64,000 nt of DNA from Octopus sinensis. Taxonomy: Eukaryota. How positions within the stretch are numbered: position 1 is the first letter of the stretch; each line of letters opens with the position of its first letter. Below are positions 49,671-63,010 of this stretch, piece after piece. Under the pieces are notes generated by a model. That model worked only from the letters and a program-made list of their open reading frames with translations. It did no database searches and was not told the DNA's origin. The position numbers and the translations under genes were made by a program. The stretch is taken from contig NC_043000.1 in assembly GCF_006345805.1 (NCBI RefSeq), positions 97,960,001 to 98,024,000 on the forward strand, written 5' to 3'.

Positions 49671-52600
49671 GCCTTATCAGGACTGACCTGGGGTTTAACA
49701 ACAATGTTATTATATATGTTCTTATGGAAATTAGTTTAGCTCTTTCTTGATTAGTTTTCTTAAGAAGCAACTTTTTGATAGATTTGATTCCTGTGTATGG
49801 ATTTTGTTATTGTTGTTGTTTTGTTCCTGATCAGCCCTGACTAATCAAACACCTTTGAACAAAGACATTCTAGTGATGACCATCCCTTCATTTTTTCAAA
49901 TATAGATTCACATTGTTTAATCCTTTTGTATTTTTAAATGCTACAGTGTAACTTGAGGGAGATTTGACAGCTATTTCCAAAGACTGAACAATGATATAAT
50001 GATAGTCTTTAACAAATGGACATTTTTATTCTCTTTGGATTTGGTTGACACTACAGACTTCTAATCTAAATAGGATTGGAAATAAATCCATGGATCTCAT
50101 ATCAGAAAATGCTTGGTGTTTATGACAGGAATTCACATCATATTGAAAGATACTTCATTGTGTTCTTGGGTTGTATATATTACTTGCTTCAGTTTATATC
50201 TCTGTGAGGAAACAGAGTAATTGAGAGGTTGGTAAAGAGAAAAAAAGCAGTACCACTCCTGTTTATTTTCAAAATTAAATTCTTAATAAATCTGAGTCCA
50301 ATTTTCAGAGGAAGATGGGAGAAATAAATAATATATTTTGCTCTTCCAAATACTACAAAAATAAAAATAACAGCTAAGCTATTCAAATGCTATTTTAGAG
50401 AATAAATTACTCAGAAGTTATTCATTTTAATCAAATGTTTGTTAATCTAGGGAGTCATTGTAGTTCAAAACAAATAAAATCCATGAATACAACAATATAA
50501 ATTAGAAATAAAAAGGAAAAATATTGGTTTTTAGTAAAGTCTTTAAAGTTAAATTAAAGCTAGTCTCTCTTTTGAAACAGGATCCCCAGCTTTCTATTTT
50601 CAGATCATATCCTTGCTGTTTTAGACCGTTTTACCTTCAGTTGGGAAAATGGTTTTATAAACAGTGTGTTTGTGGGCTTTGAAGGAAACAAAGCAGGTTG
50701 TTCACATGATGAGCCATGAAAACTAATACAATATTATATTGATTTGCTGAAAGCATTGTAATAATCATCAATGGTTTCAGTCTAATCAATGATTCTATTG
50801 GCCCAGTGAAAACATCCCAATAGGAAAAAAGAAAATAATCGATAGTTTTGCCCTTTGAAGTCCTCCAATTTCATAACTGAAGCAATTGTGGCAGAGCTAA
50901 CATCTAGCTTCTTTGTCAGCTTAAATCTGTTACACTTGACTGCTTCAGTGTAAGCTCTTTGTTTGCATTTACTTTTGAAGTTGTATAGACTTAAAGCATC
51001 TTAAACATGTTGATCCCAAAGTGTTAATAACATGAAGATACGTGTGCAGGCATGGCTGTGTGGTCTAGGAGTTTGGTTTGCTACCATATTATTCTAGGTT
51101 TGATCCAATTCTATCTTGTGAGTGAAATTATGTAGATGAAACGTTTGTGAAAGCCTGTGCAAATGTAACTGACCTGACATAGTTATTTAGGACCAAAATG
51201 TCATGTGCAGTCATAGTTTAGTTGCCCTGCAGATGTGAACATGTCTTCTATGAACAACTGCTTTGTAAACTGCAACTCTTCTAACATGGTCATAAATATA
51301 CAGCTGGTTCTGTCAGTAAATGTCTAAGTCATAATCTGGAGAAGCTTGGATTTTCAACTTGTAAGTGGAACAGTAAAAATATGCAAGACTTTCTTAAAGT
51401 TTGACATGTAACAATTATTGTTGTTGTCCATATCCAGTAATGGAGCTATGGTTTATTCATTTATTCATGGCACCAGTACTAGTGAGGTAGCCCACTGAAT
51501 GGGACTACAGTAAAGAGGGCAGCTGCTTTATGCTAGATGAAGGGAGGTTAAATGTTTTATTTTATTTTATATAATCCATTCTGCTTCTCAGTGATGAATC
51601 AGTTGTTATTGTTGCTTACCTTCAGATCCACTCATCCTGTAGATTTATGACCCAAGGCATATGACGAATGTGATTTATGTTCAGGCATGGCATATCTAAG
51701 ACTACATTATCTATTGTGTTCTTTCTGTAGATTTTAGTGTAATTTGAGGGGCATTTAGCTGCTGTTACTTGCCTGTCAGATGGTCACTTCCCCTATGTTG
51801 TGTGTAATTAGAATGTTATAAATCAACATCTTTGTTGAGATGTATTGTATACAGTAATATTACATGACATGCCAATAAGGGAAATTCTCTACTTGGTCAT
51901 TTGTCCTGCAAGAAATAACAGCCAAATCTTTCTCATTTCACATCCTGCCATCCTTAGAAAAAGGATGAGAGACTCATTGGACAAGCTGGAAGAAAAAAGA
52001 GAAAAGGAGATTAAACTGTTATGGCTGGAATCTTTTTAACTAGAGTTCTGCTTGATCTGAACTAGGTTTGCTTATGACCAATAACTACAACAAAGGAGAT
52101 ATCTCTTCCATTGTCTGCAATTAATCATGAAAAGACACAATATGATAATTCTTTAAATCTCTACAATTATTGTTGATTGGGAGTGGAAAAAGAAATTCTG
52201 TTAAATCTCAGTTTTATTATCATGTTCTTTCTCTACAAGAGTCAAATAGATGAAGAATTCCAAGTGTTGGCACTATAACAAATGCTTTTATATCATCTTC
52301 CAAAAACATTGTGGGTAAGAGTGAATGTATACATGTATGTATATGTGTGTGTATTCTATATGCATGTATTTGCATTTATATATATATGCATATGTTTATG
52401 CATGTATGTATTATACATATATGCATATGTTTGCATGTATTTATATATGCATGTATGAATGAATGTGTGTGTATATATATACTTGCTTGCATGTGTATAT
52501 ATGTTTGTATCAATATCTGGATGTATGCACACGTATGCTTAGCTATTCCTTCCTCAATGACCAGATGATCTAATGATACAAATGTAATCTGACATTTCCA

Positions 52601-52888
52601 AAGCAACAGCTGAATATATTTACAATATTTAAAGGAGGATAAAAAAAAAAAAAAAAACATAAGAAGAAATAAAGACTAAAATAAAATAAATCAACGTTCA
52701 TTTTTAATGTATGAAGAATATTCCCTGTTTTGCTTCCTAATCTCATAAATTTTGGCTTGATTTTCTTTCAAATATTTAGTATGTGCTTTTGTGTAGATAT
52801 TTACTTATCACACTTATATACTAGTACTTCACTTCTTGCATACCTCTTCTTACTACACTATTTAGGTAGTGTACTTGTGTTTTATTAA

Positions 52889-53320
52889 CCCTTTTGATAC
52901 CAATCTACCCGAGACCACCCTGTTGTTGTGATACAAACTTCCTGTTTTAAAGTGACCTAAATTAAAACCTATCAAAATTTCATGTTGATGCTTCAAAAAA
53001 CCAGCTTAATGATAATTTATTTTTACTAAATTCTTTATTATTTTCAAAATTAAGTGAAACAAGCACAGTTTAGTGTAACAGAAATATAGTGACAAAAGAG
53101 TTAACCATTTTGATATCAACCAGCCTGAAACACTCCCCTTGTCCATGATATAAAATTCCTATCTCAAGGTTATCCGCATTAAAACCTTCCATCAAAATTT
53201 CATATCAATCTAAGTTGCAAACATTTTAATACTGTCAAAGTTTACCACATTTTTCATTATTTTCAAAGTTAATTGAAACATGGACAGTGTATTTCAACAG
53301 AAATATGGTAACAAAAAAAG
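52889..53320. mobile_element. Two tandem ~212-bp piggyBac-like MITEs sharing a TTAA
   Basis: TTAA(52885-8)-CCCTTTTGATACC...GTGACAAAAGAG-TTAA(53101-4)-CCATTTTGATATC...GGTAACAAAAAAAG-TCAA; the two units align internally. A related fragment lies at ~15860-15960 (-). Confidence 0.75.
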
Positions 53321-54639
53321 TCAAACATGACTTTGTTTATCCTCTGATCAGCCCTGATCCAGCAGACCTACTGTCAAAAGCATCACCATTCTATATCTAT
53401 GTTTATCTATTACTGCATTTAAAATGTGTGCTTTTTTTTAATCAGCATGCAATTTATCATGGCTAAATTATAAGAACCATTTTTCAATTTATCCAAAAGA
53501 AACTATATAAAAAAAGCAGCATCCCTGGGTAATGCAGTATTTATTAACTAATACTCTAACAGTAAAATGTGATCCAAGGAAAATTTGACTGCTATTTCTA
53601 GCAGGCTAAACGACCACTGAGAGATTTACTTGTTGGCTCATTATGATATTTTTATGTGACCTCATGTCAGCTCTCATCAAATTGAGCCATTGGAGATAGT
53701 GGAGTGGCATTTCAGCTGTGATGGCCATCATGTTTTTTTTCTATTTTTCCTATTTTCCTATTGAAGTAGTGAATTAATAGACTGGTGGGAAAAATAAAAT
53801 GTCTTACAGTATTTTGTTGTCCTCATTGCATTTTGGTTTCAAATCCTACTGAGGTCAACGTTGCTTTTTCATTGTTCTGGTATTGGACAAAATGAAGTAC
53901 TATTAAGAACCGTTTTCAATTTAATTGACTATGTCTGTCTTTCCAAGTTGTTTGATACTTTGTGCCTATGTTAGAAACCATTGTTAATGTTGTTGTGTGA
54001 CCCCCTCCCCCCTCCCCATCCTACCACAGGTCAGGCCTGATCCAGCAGAGCAATGGCACATAGGTAGTCAGAGAGGTGCTCCTTCTATGACCTTCCTTTC
54101 TTCTGTTCTGTTTTATCTAAGACTAGCTTGTTCTGAATATTCTTCCATTTCTGTAATGATAGTGAGGAAATTTAGCTGGTATTTCTAGCAGGCTGAATGA
54201 TTGTGTGATGAGGAACCTATATTAAGTATACTGTTTACATTAATCAGACCAGTGTCCTCATCTTGATTATTGATTTCATGTTTTGACCATTGTATGCTCC
54301 AGCCTTCTTCAAGTTTCCTGTATTGAACTCAGTTGTTGTATAGTAATTTTGAACCTAACCCTTTATTTGATTCATGGGGGTACACTGTCCTTATTCCACT
54401 CTGCGTTTAGTGACATTCTTTTGATTCAGTTGATTTTTTTGTGAATTACCTTAGTGCCTTGCCTGGGATTGAACTCCTAGGTGTTTGCACTGCACTGCAC
54501 TATCTTTTTTCCTCTGATTGAATAGACCACTTTTTGTGATAATTATCCATCACATTTTTTCAACATCACATTTTCTTTTTTGCAGACTTCATTAAGACAG
54601 CAGGGTTATGAGGAGATTTTGTAGATATTGGTTTCAAAT

Positions 54640-54845
54640 TTTAACACAAAGCCAGCAGTTTTGGGGAAGGGAGGAAGTTGGTTACATTGACCCCAGTACT
54701 CAACTGGTACTTATTTTATTGACCCTGAAAGAATGAAAGGCAAAGTTGACTTTGGCAGAATTTAAACTCACAATGTGGAGACAGATGAAATGCCATTAAG
54801 CATTTTGTCCATCATGCTAACAGTCTTGCCAGCTCACTGCCTTAA
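54640..54845 (-). mobile_element. SINE family 3 copy
   Basis: TTGACCCCAGTACTCAACTGGTACTTATTTTATTGACCC...AGAATTTAAACTCAC...GCCAGCTCAC, reverse complement of the family 3 pattern. Confidence 0.8.
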
Positions 54846-56391
54846 GATTTTGTAGCTATTCCAAGCAATTTGAGTCATCATATAGAGGGACACTTCTCAA
54901 ATGGTGCATTAATTTTCCTATACACAAGCATAACAAATAAAGTAGAATAAACAATAGTATTTTTTTTTTACATTTATTCATTGTTTTTTAATGTTTCCTT
55001 TATTTCCAATGTGTCACACACGGAAATTTAAGAGCCATTGACATAGAAGTTCTCTTATTGGTTTATGGGGCCAGTAAAGTGAAAGTGGAAGGATGCAGTC
55101 AATTATATTGGTCCCAGGATATTACTGGTACTTATGACATTTGCTATTGACATTAGAAAGATAGTAATTTCAAACCTAGCAAGGCTTAAACTCTCTCAAC
55201 AGTGAAAGGTGAAATTAAATATTGTAAACTGTAAAGAATTTAGTTTCCACATTCTCCTGTTTCTGTCAATTTGCCGTCCTTGATTTATTTTCTTATTCTA
55301 ATCAATAATGTCATAGAATGTTTCCCAGTAAATCAGTTAATAAATAAATAAATCAGGAATAATATTGTTTATTTTCTATTTTGGTTTTGTTGTGAATCTC
55401 TCTCTCTCTCTCCAGTTTGAAATTAAATCATTTGATACATTCTTCCTCTTCCCTTGCACACATGCAAACACATACATATATATGTAGGTATGTACACATG
55501 TATATCTATGGTTTAGCTTTCTCATGTTCTCTTTCTTTCTCTATCTCTGCTTCTATGTCAAGCTCATAATTTCATTGAAATCTTCAAATAAAATAAAAAT
55601 CTGCGTATCCAATTTTATTTTTTATTTTAATTAATTTATTTTTATTTTATTTTATAAAAGCTTATCATGGGGACTCTTTAAAACTATATTCAGTTTTAGA
55701 AACCTTTTAATCCTTATCTATCAGCTTTCCTTCACCTTCAATTATTTTCCTCTTTTTCTTTCTTTTTTTCTCTCATATTCCCAAATAATTTTTGCATAAT
55801 CTGGCACAGTTGGAATCACTTTAAGTCACCTCTGTTCTCCAAACAAAGTAAAAGAATAATAAAATAAAGTAAAATCTATTTTCATCTCTGTCTTCATCTA
55901 TGTGTCTATCTTTCTTAATCATTTCTCTACCTATGTACCTTTCTTCTCTGCTGTCAACTATCAATCTATCTACTTACCTACATCTTGGTATCTGAGACTA
56001 AATCTATAGCAGTGCACAAGGACATTGGTATAGATTTATCTGTCAGAAAATATGATCTGTAATATATCCTGTTTTGTTAGCAGCTATATTATATATATTA
56101 TTCAGATGATAATTTTTTTCATCCCAATGGTTATGTGTGTGTATGTATATATATATATATATATACACACACACTTGAAAAATTTTGGTGCCCACATATA
56201 TATAAATAATACTAAACCATAAAGTAAGTTTTTATTTTTCAAAATAAAACAAAACTAATGTTTATTTTTGTATACTTCTACTTTATTTATATTGAAAAGA
56301 TTTTTCCTACTTTTTTAAATTCCAAACTCTTCAATCAGATCCTCACTAGGACAGCATCAAAACCTCAGACTTATATTTCCAATCATTTAAA

Positions 56392-57700
56392 CATCATCAT
56401 CATTTAACATCTGCTTTCCATGCTGGCATGGGTTGGACAATTTGATAGGAACTGGGTAGGTAGAAAACTGCACCATGCTTCACTGTCTGTTTTGGCATGG
56501 TTTTTATGGCTGGATGCCCTTCCTAACACCAACCACTCGGCAGAGTGGACTGAGTGCTTTTTACATGGCACCAGCACAGGCAAGATTAGTGCTGGATGCA
56601 CTTTCAATTGCCAACCATTTACAGTTTGGACTGGATACCGTTTATGTGTCACCAGCACTGACAGGGTCACCAAGTAACTTGCAAGACAAAGATCCATTGA
56701 GAGCGGATGGGGCATTGAAGGAGGTGATGTTGTGCTAGATGATGAAAAGTTAGACTATGGACAGAGAGACAGAAACAGGTGTCTTGCTATACAGGAGATA
56801 CATGATTACCCCCGTAAGAGAGAGAGAGAGAGATTAAGGCCAGAAATAGGTGTATTGCTGTAGAGGAAATACATAGTTAAACAGTCAGAGGGAGAGAGCA
56901 AGAGAAAGAGAGCAAGTGAAAGAGAGAGTGGAAGAGAAAGAGAGTGCAAGAGAGCAGGAGAGAGATGGTAGTGATGTGCCAGGGCATGCTCACAAGGAAC
57001 AGGAATATAAATGGGATGGTAGAGTTGAACAGGGAGAGATATGTGTTCACAAAGTGGAAGGGCATACTCTCAAGATACAGGGTCAGAATATAAATAGTAA
57101 GGTATTGCCAAAATGCATGAGTTGGGAGTAGAGACTTCATGTGAATGCAAAGAGTGTGGGGGTGGGCAATGCTGTGACTGGTAAAACCTGGGCATACAGA
57201 ACACATGGGTGACAAAAGGAAGCAATGATACAGTGAGCAGGACAGTGAGGGCAGGATTGGGGAGCAAGAGATAAGCATAGTGCATGAAAAGAGGAAACAT
57301 AAGGGAGAGGAGAGATATAGTTTGGTTTGTGGGGTAGGGTGTGGAAAAAGTTTTATTGTTGTTACATGTGGGTGTAACCCACAGTGTTTTTAGAGCTCAT
57401 TTTCACTGCAATGGGTGGGTCTTCTCAAGAACCTCATATAACCAGACATTTCAGTCCATTGTCATCTTTGTGAGGCACAACATCCTGAGGCCAGTCCTCA
57501 CCACTTCATCCCATGTCTTCTTGGGTCTCCCTCTTCCATAGGTGCCATCCACTCTCAGTGATTGGCACTTTCATTCATACACATCACATGTGCAAACCAA
57601 TGTAATCTTCTTTCTTGCATGCTGCATCGGATTCCTCTTATACCCAACTTTCAGCACATTCACACTTTGTCGTATGTGTACAAAGATGTTGCACATCTCT
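56392..57700 (-). mobile_element. RTE-clade LINE 3' end with long purine-rich 3' UTR, decayed
   Basis: Minus strand KCQSLRVDGTYGRGRPKKTWDEVVRTGLRML at ~57450-57570, homologous to the young copy at 14940-15250; (CAT)n tail at 56392-56403. Confidence 0.8.
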
Positions 57701-58679
57701 GTATATATTACCAAATGTCTCCTTTTATACATGTATAAAAAACACTAGAATATGATTTGAAGGAGATTTGATTGCTATTTCGAACAAGTTGAATGGCCGT
57801 CTGGAGACTCATTTTCATGAGGTCATTTGTTCATTATGTATTTTCCTTATTAATTCTGTGGACTGTAAATGGAATTTACATCTGTGCCTTTATTGATATG
57901 TCTTCGCTGTAGCTTTAATACTTACTACATGTTGCATGGATAATGTTATAAAACCATTGATATCTGTTTGGAATAAGGAGGTCTGTTAGTTACAAATGTT
58001 GCATACAAAATGTGCATTTCAGCTTGGTCCTGTAATCCGAAAGTGATTATTATTTCTCTTGCGACATTAGATTATAAAAAAAAATATATACATTTCAGTC
58101 GATGCGGAATGTGCATAGATTTTTCTTTGTTTGTAGTTGCCTCTAAAAGAATTAGATCTAACATACCTCTGGAAAGCTGTCACTTGTATTGTTTTCTTTT
58201 TTTCATTTTGGTTTTACAGTTTTGTTTTTGGTTTTGCTTAACTTCTTAGAAAGCAAAACATGTACTTACATTTTGTGAGGTGTAAAATGTAGGCACATGT
58301 TTTGTTTAGAAAGCTATTAAGATAACTATTATTAAATTTACATGCATTTAAATTGCATTTTTATTCTCATTTTATATTTTACTTATTATTATTATTATTT
58401 TGATTGTTTCAATGTGGTCTATTAATTTTACTTAAGTTTTAATCTCGTGTGTATCTTTGGGTTAGGTTTAACAAGACAAAGCTTGACTAGATTATGTTTA
58501 AAATTAGCTGTTTTGGTATGAGAAACAAAAAACTAGCAATTTAAACAAAAAATAGAGCAAGAGTTGAGCTATAAACTACAGAATTTCCATTTATGTTAGA
58601 GAAGTTATTAAGTCAGTTTATATTATGTGATAGAATGAAAAAAGAAGGAAAATAATAATAGTGCCTTCTAGTATAATCT

Positions 58680-59084
58680 TGAGCCAACCAATGCTTTGTG
58701 AGTGAATTTCATTAGCAGAAACTATGTAGAAGCCTGCCAATATCTGTACGTCTTTGTGTGTGTTCGTATATGTATGTGTGTGTGTGCGCATGCATGTGTG
58801 TGTTTGTTTGTTTGTTTGTTTCCACCACCTAACAGCCAGTGTTGGTTTATTTACATCCCCTTAACATAAAAGTTGGGGAAAAGAGACCTATAGTATTCTT
58901 TTATTCTTTTACTTGTTTCAGTCATTTGACTACAGCCGTGCTGGAGCACCACCTTAAAGGGTTTTAGTCAAAGAAATCAACTTCAGGACTTATTCTTTGT
59001 AAGCCTAGTACTTATTCTATCGAACTCGTTTGCTGAGCTGCTCAGTTACGGGGACATAAACAGATGGTAGGGGGACAAACACAA

Positions 59085-59125
<41 letters not shown>

Positions 59126-59253
59126 CAATGGGCTTTCCATTTACCAAATTGACTCACAAGGTTTTGGTTGGCCTGAGGCTATAGAAGACATTTGCCCAAG
59201 GTACCATGCAGTGGGACTGAACCTGGAACCATGTGGATGGGAAGCAAGCTTCT
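58680..59253. mobile_element. Tail-to-tail pair of SINE family 2 copies (+ partial 58680-58893; - full 58896-59253)
   Basis: Family 2 core and spacer on + followed directly by tail TTCTTTTATTCTTTTACTTGTTTCAGTC and a full minus-strand copy. Confidence 0.8.
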
Positions 59254-59369
59254 TTATTTCATTACATTTGCCATAAAGGCATAATACAGATGGAAGCTTG
59301 CAGGCTGGACACAGACACAATGATAATGGAATGAAAAAGAGATGGTTGATAGTGGAAGCAGACAATGCC

Positions 59370-60520
59370 TGCCGATTGCTACTTCATGAAAACGTTCTTT
59401 TTTTTAAAAAACACAGAGGAAGTATTAAACCTCTTAAAACAGTTCAGCAAATGGACTCAAACATCCTTACAAATTGAGGCGCTAAGCCTCTTACCAAAAT
59501 CACCAGGTTCAAATCAAGGCACTAAGACCTCTTACTCTACCTCCCCGACTAAGTCTCTTGCTGCCTGCAGTCGCTAGTTAGGGCCCCTTATGAAAAAATT
59601 GTATTCGTCCTTGGTAAATCATTTTCCACCATGACCTCCACAGCCACCTGCGGAGGCCAATCCAGGCTTTCAGTGCAGGACAGGACCTCCTTTAAGGAAG
59701 AAGATCACAAATTCCTTATTTATTATACTGGGAGGGGCCAGAGTTTCCTCCATCGGTGGCACAATTCCCACCGACAAAGTTTCAGGACATGCCGGCAGTG
59801 TACTGCTAACCACCAGCACTGTCCCATCCTTTTTCTTCTTTTTTCTTGCCTTTGATACGGGAGAGTGTAGTTCCTCTGCTTTAACTCGAAGATCTTCCCT
59901 CTCTCCCGCAGCTTTGGGGTCCTTCAGTGGGCAACTATTGCTGCCCACCTTCTTCCTTTTTTCCCCTTTTTTTTCGGGGAGGTTTCCACCTCCTTGACTG
60001 CCTCCATCTTTTCCTCTGAAAGAGGAGCTCTTCCTCAACCAACTGTTCCAGGACCCTACTCTGGTCCTGGGGACAGTTCTTTTTAATGTGGCCTGGTTCC
60101 AGGCACAGGTGACACTTGGTGGGGGGAGGTATCCCTCAAGTATCACTGGGTACCTGCAACAGGCCATTTTAAAAAAATCTGGAAAGACCAGATTCTTAGC
60201 TGATTGGGTCCACAGGGTCAAAACAACTTTTGAGCTAATCCAATCAGCCGCCACCTATATTTTAACATTAAGCAGCTTGGATCCACTGCCACCAAGATCC
60301 TAGCAGATAGTGTCTTTTAGTTAGTATAGGACAGGGGAGTAATATCCAAGATATAGTTTAGGGCCTGGTTTAAATAAGGAGACGGGATGTTTGGTGTAAG
60401 TTCATTCAGTCTCTGTGCATGGCAGGAATAACGATTACAAGGAAAGGAATTTCTGAAAAATGGATTTGCGGTTAGGAAACACTGAGCTTGGGCAAACTGT
60501 TCAGTTTGAGACAAAGAAAA
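59370..60520 (-). mobile_element. Non-LTR retrotransposon ORF1 remnant (L1/Tx1-like) with gag-type zinc knuckle
   Basis: GC-richer island; a frame shifted at the C-run near 60120 gives CHLCLEPGHIKKNC (CX2CX4HX4C, 60073-60114), preceded by YPVILEG and followed by a Lys-rich low-complexity region; no ORF2 seen. Confidence 0.75.
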
Positions 60521-61213
60521 CAGCTAAATTTTGAGTCAGACCAACAAAGGAATCTTGTATGTGGTTGCTCACCCTGCTAGAAATAGCAGACAAATCTCTT
60601 GTGTCAGATCCAGCTATCTTAGGAAAAAAAAAAAGAGCATATTGGATTGAAAATAGTCTAGATATACTGTGTCAGAAGAGAAGGTTTAAGGATGGTCATG
60701 GTCGGAATATCTTAGAATATCACAAGAAGTCCAATCAAGGTTCATTTGAAGTTAAGTAATAACTACTACTACTACCACCATTACTGTGGCTGCTGCTGTC
60801 ACCACTACCACAACTGCCACCACCACTATCTTAGAAAACAAGTGATGGTGTGTATTAGCAACAAAAAAGCTCATAAAATTTTAAAAATACAATAGGTTAC
60901 TGTGCCTCAAGGAGAGGTGGACATTAGTTTTGAGCAGGGATCTTCTTTGAAGAAATAAGAAGTTTGTTGAAAAGCTATTCAGTATGAGGTTCTAGGAAGG
61001 AGGCATGTGAATAGCGATCAATGGTAGAAGGGTGTCAAATAGAAATATTTTTAAATTCTTTAGTAGCTTTTACTTTTGTTTTCCCAAAGAATATTTTAGG
61101 ATTGCAGATTTTGAAAATAAGGATCATGGCAAAGAATGTTTTGGGCAGTAGTCTTAATCTCTTTCCTAGTTTAACATCACCACTAGCATTGGACACTGTT
61201 CTTTATCTTTTGA

Positions 61214-61591
61214 CTAGCAGTATCGCCCGGCGTTGCTCGGGTTTGTAAGGGAAATAACTATAAAGCATTTTTAGAGAGTTATAGCCAAAAAATAGCAAAA
61301 AAATGGGGGAAAAAATTATGGTAAATTTTTTTTGGAGAGTTAAAAAGGTCGAGTTGCGTCCCCTAAACAATCTGTGGTTTTTGTTTCTGATTCTCGACCT
61401 CATGTCGAATTTATCGATTTTTTTCAGAACTGGGGAAACTTTTCAAAATTTTCGCTGCGTTAGTTTTGAATTATGACATTGGGCTATGTGTGTGTCAAGT
61501 TTCATCAGAATCGGTTGAAAGCCGTGGTCAGGGTGAGGGTACAACCTAACAGACACGCAGACAGACAAACTGCCGTTTATATAGAGAGAGA
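61214..61591 (-). mobile_element. Structurally complete non-autonomous Helitron (378 bp)
   Basis: Minus strand starts TC(TC)nTATATAAAC, ends with hairpin CCCGAGCAACGCCGGG then 8 nt and CTAG, sits between host A and T with no TSD; CpG-rich. Confidence 0.85.
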
Positions 61592-62669
61592 TTTAGCTGT
61601 TAAAAAGGAAAATGGAGTTAGCAATTTTCTGAACAGCAGAAGCCATTGAAGTATAAAAAAAGACGAGAAAAACTCTCTGACTGTATATTTTTTTTTATAC
61701 TGTCAGTAAAAGTGTAATTGTTTTTGTTTTTAGACATGGAGTGAAAAGAAAAGAAAAGGAAATCAAAAGAAGTACAAATAAAACAATAATCTAAGAGAAT
61801 TTCAATCTGTAATTTTGTTTTTGCAAAGTATTTGGAAAATAATTTCATCTGAGATCATAATCACATGTTGAAGCTAAAAACTGTTTACATTGTGGTCGTG
61901 TTATATTGGCCATTCAAGCACACATGCACACACTCACATACATAAGCTGTTATATTCATTTTTTTGTTTTATGATATTTTTGTAATAGTTTGCTTTTCAA
62001 CCATATGATTTTAAACTGGGTTCCACTGCATGGTACCTTGGGCAAGAGTCTTCTACTACAGTCACTGGTTAACCAATTGCTTTGTGAGTTGAATTTGGCT
62101 GACAGATATTATCTGAAACCTATTGTGTGTGTGTGAATGTTTATTCCGCACTCACATGTAAACAGCACTGAGTTACAAATGGCTAGCTTTATTGATAATC
62201 CACTAATAAAAAAAGTGTTTCCTAACTCTCTGCTTTCAAAGATGTATGAAATATATAAAAATAACCCCTTGCTGTTAGCATCAAAAAAGGTATCCAGCTG
62301 TAAACCAACAACTCAAAATTATTTACTTCTCTAACTCCTGCTAACTTGGAAAAAACGGACATAAAAATGAATGAATGGAGTAAAGTTATAAAGTGTCAGT
62401 CTTTTGTCACAAACTCCACTGATAGTATTGTATCATTTTCTATACATGGTATGTGGTATTTGTTTTTATCTTTCCTGCAAAGTTTTCATGAAGGAAAAAT
62501 TACTTTTGTTTTGATTATCCTAAATTAATTAGGAAATCTAATTATCAAAGTCTTTTGTCACTGACTCTGGTAAGGAACACAAGTTGTTTAAATGGAAGAC
62601 TTGCTATTTCACCTTTATGCTTTATGTTCTGTGTTCATATTCCACTGAGTCATATGTGTGTTTCATCCC

Positions 62670-63010
62670 TTTGGTATCTAAAAAATAAAGTACCAGTCAG
62701 ATATTGATGTCACCAGTATCCAACTAACCTCTCCCCTCAAAATTGCTGGCCATGTCCCTAAATTAGAAAGAATTATTATTAACATATTTGCAAGGTGGTG
62801 ATGTAAGCTGGCGGAATTGTTAGCACACCAGACAAAATGCTTTGTGGCATTTCGTTCCCCTTTTTATATTCTGATTCAAATTCCACTGAGCTTCAGCTTG
62901 CCTTTCATCCTTTTCAGTCAGTGAAATAAGTACAGTTGAATACTAGGGTTGACATAATTAACTTATCCTCCAAAATTGCAGGCCTTATGCTGACAGTACA
63001 GAGGATTATT
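62670..63010 (+). mobile_element. Two head-to-tail SINE family 3 copies
   Basis: Tail fragment ending GAATTATTATT (~62780) followed by a full copy starting AAGCTGGCGGAATTGTTAGC and ending GGATTATTAT. Confidence 0.75.

Noticed and set aside
59670-60254. 194-aa ORF as a host protein-coding gene
   Set aside because: Better explained as a frameshifted LINE ORF1; no splice structure.
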